Source: an uncultured delta proteobacterium
GTDB lineage: Bacteria; Desulfobacterota; Syntrophia; Syntrophales; Smithellaceae
Assembly: GCA_963710575.1 (NCBI GenBank)
Contig: CAVQAL010000003.1
Coordinates: 319,387-383,386 of the forward strand
Length of the DNA: 64,000 bases
Direction: 5' to 3'
Numbering within the stretch: position 1 is the stretch's first letter; the number at the start of each line of letters is the position of its first letter. Both the position numbers and the translations under genes were made by a program. Positions 56,906 to 64,000 of this stretch are shown in pieces. Below the pieces are notes generated by a model, which saw only the letters and a program-made list of their open reading frames with translations, was not told the origin of the DNA and did no database searches.

Positions 56906-57899
56906 TTCTATGGCGTTTGTCATTTTTCTTGTTCTTGTCGCACTGGTTTTTGATTTTCTTAACGGTTTTCACGATTCAGCTAATTCCATTTCTACCGTTG
57001 TTTCCACCCGTGTTCTTTCGCCAAAATATGCGGTGGTCTGGGCGGCTTTTTTTAATTTTGCCGCCGTATTTTTTGTGGGTACAGCGGTCGCACATACTAT
57101 TGGCAAGGGAATCATTCATATTGACATTGTCGATAATCTGGTGATTCTATCTGCATTAGGCGGCGCGATCATCTGGAATATTGCGACTTGGTATTACGGC
57201 CTACCCAGCAGTTCTTCACATGCCTTAATCGGCGGTCTTATCGGCGCGGCTGTATCCAAAGCCGGAACAAGCACATTAGTCTGGTCGGGCATTACCAAAA
57301 CAACTGTTTTTATCATTGTTTCCCCTGCTATAGGCATGGTGCTCGGTTTTACTTTTATGGTTATTACTATGAATCTGAGCCATAATTCCAATATGGCCAA
57401 ATCCGATAAACTCTTTCGTAAACTCCAGCTTTTTTCCGCAGCAGTTTATTCATTGGCACATGGCATGAATGACGCGCAAAAAACGATGGGTATTATCGCT
57501 ATGGCTCTTTTCAGCAAAGGCTTGCTGGGTAAAACATTTTATATTCCCATTTGGGTGATTATCGCCTGTTACTCGATGATTTCTCTAGGAACCATGTTCG
57601 GCGGCTGGCGGATTGTCAAAACTATGGGAACTAAAATTACCAAGCTTCGCCCCATGGGTGGTTTTAGCGCGGAAGCTGCAGCGGCCTGTTCAATCATCGG
57701 TGCAACAATAGCCGGAATTCCCGTGAGCACAACCCACACGATCACCGGAGCTATCGTCGGCGTCGGCGCTACCAAAAGACTTTCTTCCGTGCGCTGGGGA
57801 GTTGCCGGAAACATCATCTGGGCATGGCTTTTAACAATACCCGTTTCCGCCGCCATTTCTGCCGTCATTTATCTTTCTATAGAATACTTTGCACGTTAA
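56898..57899 (+). CDS. pit: Inorganic phosphate transporter, PiT family
   Basis: NGFHDSAN, HGMNDAQK, PVSTTH. Confidence 0.93.
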   Translation: MLNSMAFVIFLVLVALVFDFLNGFHDSANSISTVVSTRVLSPKYAVVWAAFFNFAAVFFVGTAVAHTIGKGIIHIDIVDNLVILSALGGAIIWNIATWYYGLPSSSSHALIGGLIGAAVSKAGTSTLVWSGITKTTVFIIVSPAIGMVLGFTFMVITMNLSHNSNMAKSDKLFRKLQLFSAAVYSLAHGMNDAQKTMGIIAMALFSKGLLGKTFYIPIWVIIACYSMISLGTMFGGWRIVKTMGTKITKLRPMGGFSAEAAAACSIIGATIAGIPVSTTHTITGAIVGVGATKRLSSVRWGVAGNIIWAWLLTIPVSAAISAVIYLSIEYFAR

Positions 57900-58003
57900 T
57901 TTATCTGCTTCTTCCTCAAAATAATATTGATAATTTTTATTTTTTACCGTAAATTCATTCTATCATTATATGCCACTTTCATACTCTAATGAGGGAGAAT
58001 TTT

Positions 58004-59269
58004 ATGCCGGAAAAACCATTGCCTTTTACGAAAAATCAAATTGAAAAAATCATAAAACAATATCCGACGCCTTTTCACCTTTATGATGAAAAATCCATTC
58101 GGGAAAACGCACGCGCTTTTAAAAACTCCTTCGCCTGGAATGAAGGTTTTAAAGAATTCTTTGCCGTCAAAGCCGCTCCCAATCCCTACCTGATAAAAAT
58201 CCTGCACAAGGAAGGCTTCGGCGCTGATTGCAGCTCGCTGGCGGAACTGATTATGGCGCAAAAAACGGGAATCACCGGAAAAGAAATCATGTTTTCTTCC
58301 AACGACACACCCGTGGAAGAATTTCTTCTGGCAAAAAAATTGAAAGCCAATATCAATCTGGATGATATCAGCCATATTGAATATCTGGAAAAATGCGCCG
58401 GACTACCTTCCTTGATTTGCTTCCGCTACAATCCCGGCCGGTTGAAAAAAGGAAATTTCATTATCGGCCATCCCGAGGAGGCGAAATACGGCTTCACTCG
58501 AGAACAACTTTTTGAAGGCTATAAAATTTGCAAAGACAAAGGCGTCAAACGATTCGGCATTCATACCATGGTCGCTTCCAATGAACTCGATGCCCATTAC
58601 TTTGAAGAAACAGCGGAAATATTATTTAAACTGATTGCGGAAATTTCACAAAAGCTAAAAATCAAATTTGAATTTGTTAATATCGGCGGGGGAGTGGGTA
58701 TACCTTACCAGCCGGAACAAAAACGCATAGACTTAAAAGCAATGAGCCGCGGCATCAAGAAAAAATACGACGAAATCATTGTTGCCAACGACCTTGCCCC
58801 CCTTAAGCTTTTTACGGAATGCGGCCGCTACATTACCGGCCCTTACGGCTATCTGGTTTCCCGCGTCCTGCATATTAAAAACACTTATAAGAAATTTGCT
58901 GGTCTGGATTCCTGTATGGCCAATTTGATGCGCCCCGCGCTTTACGGCGCTTATCATCACATCACTGTTGTGGGCAAGGAAAGCAAACCTCATGATTTTA
59001 GCTATGATGTAACGGGATCTCTTTGTGAAAACAACGATAAATTCGCCATTGACCGCGCTTTACCCAAACTGGAAAGAGGCGATATTGTTGTTATTCATGA
59101 TGCCGGCGCGCATGGCTTCGCCATGGGCTTCAATTATAACGGCAAACTCCGCTCGGCGGAATTGCTTTTACGAGAAAACGACGAAGTTGTACAAATCCGT
59201 CGCGCCGAAACAGTAAAAGATTATTTCTCTACTTTAGATTTCAACAAATTGGCAAATTTTCAGGTGTAA
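58004..59269 (+). CDS. lysA: Diaminopimelate decarboxylase
   Basis: FAVKA PLP lysine, NIGGG, ECGRY, GSLCENND, GAHGFAMG. Confidence 0.9.
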   Translation: MPEKPLPFTKNQIEKIIKQYPTPFHLYDEKSIRENARAFKNSFAWNEGFKEFFAVKAAPNPYLIKILHKEGFGADCSSLAELIMAQKTGITGKEIMFSSNDTPVEEFLLAKKLKANINLDDISHIEYLEKCAGLPSLICFRYNPGRLKKGNFIIGHPEEAKYGFTREQLFEGYKICKDKGVKRFGIHTMVASNELDAHYFEETAEILFKLIAEISQKLKIKFEFVNIGGGVGIPYQPEQKRIDLKAMSRGIKKKYDEIIVANDLAPLKLFTECGRYITGPYGYLVSRVLHIKNTYKKFAGLDSCMANLMRPALYGAYHHITVVGKESKPHDFSYDVTGSLCENNDKFAIDRALPKLERGDIVVIHDAGAHGFAMGFNYNGKLRSAELLLRENDEVVQIRRAETVKDYFSTLDFNKLANFQV

Positions 59270-59439
59270 GGCTAAGGATGAAGTTATCGTACACACTGCT
59301 TCCGGTAGTCTTCAAATCGTCAATTTCAACAAAAATACAACATTTCAATCAATAATCAATGATGTTGTGTATTTTTCTTTTAAAAAAAAAATGAATAGTG
59401 CTATTATTATATTCAATAAAAAAGAATAGGAGGCGGATT

Positions 59440-59604
59440 ATGGAATATAAGATTATTTCTAGTAGTGCATGGTCAGTGGACGCTGCAGTTAATATATTAG
59501 AAAAAAAGGTTAATAATTTAATAAAAGAAGGATGGGAACCTGTAGGTGGTGTTATGATAGTTGCTTTCAATGACCATGTCTACCAATCACTTATAAAAAG
59601 ATAG
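59440..59604 (+). CDS. Small DUF1737-like protein
   Basis: LEKKVNNLIKEGWEPVGGV..YQSL; GGAGG RBS. Confidence 0.65.
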   Translation: MEYKIISSSAWSVDAAVNILEKKVNNLIKEGWEPVGGVMIVAFNDHVYQSLIKR

Positions 59605-59626
59605 ACAGCCTGTAATAAGGGATAAT

Positions 59627-59654
59627 CGAAGTTCGGATATTAATTGTTCGGATA
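59627..59654 (+). other. Second attI-like motif
   Basis: cgaagttcggatattaattGTTCGGA. Confidence 0.45.
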
Positions 59655-59707
59655 ACAAGAATTGGTGTCGAATAGGCTGGAAAAGATTACGGCCGGAGGA
59701 AAAGATT

Positions 59708-60106
59708 ATGAACAAAGTCGTAGCACGGTTTGCTGATGGTAACCTGATCAAGGGCACGACAACCGACTTCTTTTCGGAGGTAGAGGTTTTTCATGTGAGC
59801 ATGTTGGACGCACCAGCCGAGGAAAAGCCTTGCGAAATCTACACGAGGAATTTGAAAGCGCTGTTCTTTGTTAAGGACTTCCTAGGTGATCCGCATTACG
59901 TCAATCGAAACGAATTCGATCCAAACCGTCCTACGATCGGGCTGAAAATAAGGGTGGAGTTCAAGGACGGCGAAGTTCTTGTGGGAACCACAACAGAATA
60001 CCACCCCGGACGTTCTGGGTTCTTCATCTTGCCGGCGGATACTAATACAAACAATGAGCTTTGTTATGTAGTCGTAGAAGCCACTAAAGAGATTAGAGTA
60101 CTGTGA
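59708..60106 (+). CDS. Hypothetical protein with internal duplication (DUF6982-like)
   Basis: KVVARFADGNLIKGTTTDF / KIRVEFKDGEVLVGTTTEY. Confidence 0.7.
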   Translation: MNKVVARFADGNLIKGTTTDFFSEVEVFHVSMLDAPAEEKPCEIYTRNLKALFFVKDFLGDPHYVNRNEFDPNRPTIGLKIRVEFKDGEVLVGTTTEYHPGRSGFFILPADTNTNNELCYVVVEATKEIRVL

Positions 60107-60330
60107 CCTGAATAGCAGCAACGGACGCTGATTCTTACTCTCTTTCAATTGGTAATCTTCAGTTTTCCGGCTTCATAAATCTATTGGTTTATCGGTGTAA
60201 CCAACGAGCAAACTTTGACAATTTTCTTCTCAAAAATATCGACAAGAAATCTTGCTATATTCTGATTAGTTATGATAAACGTCTTCGCAGTAGTAACCTT
60301 ATATAAATATTTTAAAGTAGAATATAACTC

Positions 60331-61137
60331 GTGCATAAAAAAGCAAATCGTTTCATAGGTGTCTTCGATTCCGGTATTGGCGGCCTGACGGTCGTCCGTT
60401 CTTTAATGGAACGTCTGCCTTTTGAAAACATCATTTATTTTGGCGATACAGCGCGCGTGCCCTATGGCATTAAATCGGTGGAAACAATCAACCGCTACGC
60501 GGCGCAAATTACTGAATTTCTTATCAAGAAAGACGTAAAACTATTGATTGTCGCGTGCAACACTATGGCGGCTGTCGCTTATCAGACAATTGTTGATTTA
60601 TCGCCGGTGCCTGTGCTGGAAGTAATTGACGCCAGCGCGCGCATCGCTATCCAGCATACCAAGACAACATCAATTGGAGTCATCGGAACACCCGCAACTA
60701 TCAATAGTAACGCTTACGCCCGGTCTATTCATCTTTTGGATAAGGAAGCGAAGGTTTTTTCGCAAGCCTGTCCCCTTTTTGTGCCGCTGGTGGAAGAAGG
60801 ATGGTTCGATCATCCGGCAACAAAGCTTGTCGCTCAAGAATATTTAAAGCCGGTTATTGCCGAACAAATTGACACGCTGGTTCTGGGCTGTACCCATTAT
60901 CCGCTTTTAAAACCATTGCTGCAGGATATTCTGGGGAAAGGAGTAAAGCTCATTGATTCGGCGGAAGCTATGGCCGATATCACCGCCGATTTGATTAACA
61001 CACAAAACATGGGCAATCAAAATTGTTCGCCGCCGGATTATACTTTTTATGTAAGCGATTTACCTTATCGCTTTCAAACGATCGGTGAACGTTTTCTGGG
61101 ACGCACGCTCGGCCGTGTTGAGTTGGTGAGCCTTTAA
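60331..61137 (+). CDS. murI: Glutamate racemase
   Basis: FDSGIGG, GDTARVPYG, ACNT, LGCTHY. Confidence 0.96.
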   Translation: MHKKANRFIGVFDSGIGGLTVVRSLMERLPFENIIYFGDTARVPYGIKSVETINRYAAQITEFLIKKDVKLLIVACNTMAAVAYQTIVDLSPVPVLEVIDASARIAIQHTKTTSIGVIGTPATINSNAYARSIHLLDKEAKVFSQACPLFVPLVEEGWFDHPATKLVAQEYLKPVIAEQIDTLVLGCTHYPLLKPLLQDILGKGVKLIDSAEAMADITADLINTQNMGNQNCSPPDYTFYVSDLPYRFQTIGERFLGRTLGRVELVSL

Positions 61138-61140
61138 AAT

Positions 61141-62616
61141 ATGAAAATTCTTCTTGCCGGCTACAATTTGGATTATGATCTCATCCGCACTCTGAAAGAT
61201 AAAAGCGGTCTGAAACAGGATTTAACACCTGAAACTATTTCGGCAGCTTACGCGCGTATCAGCCGCAGCCCGAAACCGGTCAATGAATTGCGCGCAATCT
61301 CCAGCGAGGAAGTGGATAAAGCGCGTCAATCCAACCGCAACATAGTTTTTGAAATGGGGCACAGCTCCGTTGCCGAACATGCAGTATTTAATATTGATGT
61401 CATCGGCGTATCCCGGCTGCTCGTCGAAGAAATTGAAAAATTCCGCCTGTGTTCTTTCACGGAAAAATCTCAACGCTATGTTCTTTTTAATAAGGATTTT
61501 GTTGTGCCTGAAGCAATCAAGCAGACAAACCTGACCGATCTGTTCACAGATACCGTCCAAACTCAAAACGACTATTATCATGCACTCTACGAAAAATTAA
61601 GACCGTACATCTTTGACAAACATAAAACGCTCGCAAAAGACTCTGCTAACAAATCGCTTCTGGAAGGCTGGGCTAAAGAAGACGCCCGCTATGTAATATC
61701 ACTTGCAACAGAAACACAACTGGGCATGACCATTAACGCCCGGAATCTGGAACTCATGCTGCGGCGGCTTGCCGCACTGCCTTCCACTGAAGCGCAGGAA
61801 TACAGTAAAAAACTATACGCGGCAACAAAGGACATCGCGCCTTCCCTTATCCGTTATGCTCAGGCTACAGACTATGACCGGTTTACAAGACAAAATTTAC
61901 GTAGTCGAGCTTCCGCTTTCTTACAAAAATATCCTCATCAATCAGAGAGTGCTAAAAAATTGTCTGCTGCACGATTGACTTTTATCTCTGGCGCTGCCGA
62001 TAACCGGATTGCTGCCGCCTTGTTGTTTTCTTCATCTAATTTAAATTATTCTTCTTGTTTAGGCCAAGCAAACCAAATGACATTAAGAGAAAAAAAAGTT
62101 GTGTTTAAAACGGCTTTTGAGCAATTACAGGCTCACGATGCCGTGCTGCGGGAATTGGAAAATGTTGATCTGCAATTTGAGTTAATATTGAGTGCCAGTT
62201 GCTTCGCGCAATTTAAAAGACATCGTATGTCAACGATTATCGCACAAGAATATGACCCGCAATTGGGAGTCACCATTCCTCCAGCCGTACGCGCAATCGG
62301 CCAGCAAAAGAATTTTATGGATATTATGCATCATACAAAAAAAGCGTATGAGCAAATTAAGAAAAAAACGCCGCTGGCCGCCACTTATGTTTTGACCAAT
62401 GCGCATCGTAAACGGGTTTTGATGAAACTCAACGCCCGCGAAATGTATCATCTGGCACGTATGCGTGCCGATGCGCACGCCCAGTGGGATATTCACGACT
62501 TGACGGATAAAATGCTTAAGCAGGCCCAAAAAATTATGCCCCTCACGTTCATGATGGCCTGCGGCAAAGATAGTTTTAAAGATGTTTACAAAAAGGTCTT
62601 TTCGCCTCATACTTGA
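61141..62616 (+). CDS. thyX: FAD-dependent thymidylate synthase with two ThyX-like domains
   Basis: MGHSSVAEH, SFTEKSQRY, EDARY, INARNL; second domain KRHRMST, LNAREMYH..AQWDI. Confidence 0.8.
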   Translation: MKILLAGYNLDYDLIRTLKDKSGLKQDLTPETISAAYARISRSPKPVNELRAISSEEVDKARQSNRNIVFEMGHSSVAEHAVFNIDVIGVSRLLVEEIEKFRLCSFTEKSQRYVLFNKDFVVPEAIKQTNLTDLFTDTVQTQNDYYHALYEKLRPYIFDKHKTLAKDSANKSLLEGWAKEDARYVISLATETQLGMTINARNLELMLRRLAALPSTEAQEYSKKLYAATKDIAPSLIRYAQATDYDRFTRQNLRSRASAFLQKYPHQSESAKKLSAARLTFISGAADNRIAAALLFSSSNLNYSSCLGQANQMTLREKKVVFKTAFEQLQAHDAVLRELENVDLQFELILSASCFAQFKRHRMSTIIAQEYDPQLGVTIPPAVRAIGQQKNFMDIMHHTKKAYEQIKKKTPLAATYVLTNAHRKRVLMKLNAREMYHLARMRADAHAQWDIHDLTDKMLKQAQKIMPLTFMMACGKDSFKDVYKKVFSPHT

Positions 62617-62630
62617 TAAACTGTAATTAA

Positions 62631-64000
62631 ATGATTGATAAAAAACAACTTTACATTCTCCTTCTCGCCACCACTCTAAGTTCGTTTCTCACACCCTTTA
62701 TGGGATCGGCACTTAACGTAGCATTGCCCATTATGGCCAAAGAGCTGTCCATGACCGCCTTATCTTTAAGCTGGGTGGCGTCCTCTTTTATTCTTGCCGC
62801 CGCGATAACCCTTGTTCCTTTGGGACGGCTGGCCGACATTTACGGCCGCAAAAAAATCTTTCTTTATGGCGCGATAATTTTTACCGCAGCCTCCGGGCTT
62901 TGCGCGTGGTCTCCGACACAAACTTTTTTAATTGCAATGCGCGTGATACAGGGGATTGGCGGCGCGATGATCTTCAGCACCGGTACGGCCATGTTGGTTT
63001 CCGCTTATCCACCGGAGGAAAGAGGTAAAATATTAGGAATCAATACAGCGGCCATTTATATCGGACTCACCATTGGTCCTTTTATCGGCGGATTGCTGAC
63101 ACAGCATTTAGGATGGAGATACATTTTTATTTTTACGGCGGTTCTGGGCATCATTAGTATACTAATTGTTGCTGCCATGATTAAGGAAGAATGGTCGGGA
63201 ACCAATGGCGAAGGTTTTGACTTTGCCGGCTCCTTGCTTTATGCAATTGCTCTTTTTACCATTATGTATGGATTCTCCTTACTGCCCGCATGGAGGGCCG
63301 GACTACTAATCGGTCTGGGTGTGTGTTGCCTGATTTTCTTTATTTTTCAGCAGCTAAAACGGCCTTTCCCTTTATTGAATATCCATTTGTTTTTGGATAA
63401 CAAAGTTTTTGCTTTTTCCAATTTAGCGGCTTTGATCAATTACTGCGCAACTTTCGCAGTTACATTTTTACTTAGTCTTTATTTGCAACATATCAAAATG
63501 CTGACACCGTCTCATACAGGAATAATTCTTGTTGCCGCGCCTTTTGTGCAGGCGCTTTTTTCACCTTTGGCCGGAAGGCTATCTGATCGCTTTGAGCCGC
63601 AGATTATCGCTTCCATTGGCATGGCCCTGAATGTAATCGGGCTTGTTCCGCTAATATTTATCCATAACGATACGGGCATTTATTACATTGTATTTTGCCT
63701 TGTTTTACTGGGGCTTGGTTTTGCACTCTTTTCCTCACCCAACGTCAACGCAACAATGAGTGCGGTAGAAAATAAATTTTACGGCGTTGCTTCGGCTACA
63801 CTGGGCACAATGAGGCTTATTGGTCAAATGTTCAGCATGGGCATTACGATGCTGGTTTTTGCCGTTATTTTAGGAAACCATCCAATTTCGGAAGCTAATA
63901 ACACACTCCTTTTAAAAAGCACCCATATGATTTTTGCCATCCTGGCTATTATTTGCTGCGGTGGCATCCTTGCGTCGCTGGCACGGGGAAAAGTACATCA
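62631..64000 (+). CDS. MFS drug:H+ antiporter (DHA2-like); runs off the right edge
   Basis: Manual translation MIDKKQLYILLLATTLSSFLTPFMGSALNVALP..GRLADIYGRKK; motif A present. Confidence 0.88.
   Translation, partial: MIDKKQLYILLLATTLSSFLTPFMGSALNVALPIMAKELSMTALSLSWVASSFILAAAITLVPLGRLADIYGRKKIFLYGAIIFTAASGLCAWSPTQTFLIAMRVIQGIGGAMIFSTGTAMLVSAYPPEERGKILGINTAAIYIGLTIGPFIGGLLTQHLGWRYIFIFTAVLGIISILIVAAMIKEEWSGTNGEGFDFAGSLLYAIALFTIMYGFSLLPAWRAGLLIGLGVCCLIFFIFQQLKRPFPLLNIHLFLDNKVFAFSNLAALINYCATFAVTFLLSLYLQHIKMLTPSHTGIILVAAPFVQALFSPLAGRLSDRFEPQIIASIGMALNVIGLVPLIFIHNDTGIYYIVFCLVLLGLGFALFSSPNVNATMSAVENKFYGVASATLGTMRLIGQMFSMGITMLVFAVILGNHPISEANNTLLLKSTHMIFAILAIICCGGILASLARGKVH

Noticed and set aside
83-62839. 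Numerous 60-240 aa ORFs antisense to or nested in called genes (e.g. 4485..5216, 15737..16129, 25812..26327, 32446..32973)
   Set aside because: Shadow frames of well-supported genes; no RBS or family motifs
1-64000. CRISPR array or cas genes
   Set aside because: No regularly spaced direct repeats with unique spacers; the repeats found are dispersed and irregular; no Cas motifs recognised

Overview
Bacterial chromosomal window, most consistent with an anaerobic Desulfobacterota/Syntrophales-like organism. That is an inference from gene content such as the ADP-forming acyl-CoA ligase, pilT/pilU, deltaproteobacterial-type porin and HesB protein; no database search was possible. Bases 1-17000 are an accessory region ending in a P4-like integrase beside tRNA-Ala(CGC). 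It carries a sigma54-controlled anaerobic catabolic cluster: SDR, 2-hydroxyacyl-CoA dehydratase alpha/beta, acyl-CoA dehydrogenase, AbfD, a glycerol dehydrogenase-like enzyme, two secreted cysteine hydrolases, MaoC, FabG, an enhancer-binding protein and a porin. A promoter/enhancer module is present in three copies there. The rest is mostly housekeeping (pilT/U, mpg, asd, ribF, tRNA-Leu, ettA, mnmG, hisHF, pdxST, degP, mutM, pit, lysA, murI, thyX, MFS), interrupted by small accessory inserts: a solitary integron-type cassette with an attC and an attI-like motif that recurs 37 kb away, a radical SAM gene bracketed by a direct repeat, and a zinc-finger-TIR fusion. The strongest candidate for an uncharacterised system is an operon of lysine 2,3-aminomutase, two non-canonical D-Ala-D-Ala-ligase-like ATP-grasp enzymes and a GNAT, with a third such ligase next to asd. 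Several families of short intergenic repeats share a nested 17-bp module. Product calls come from motif recognition by eye, and several start codons were adjusted by RBS position.
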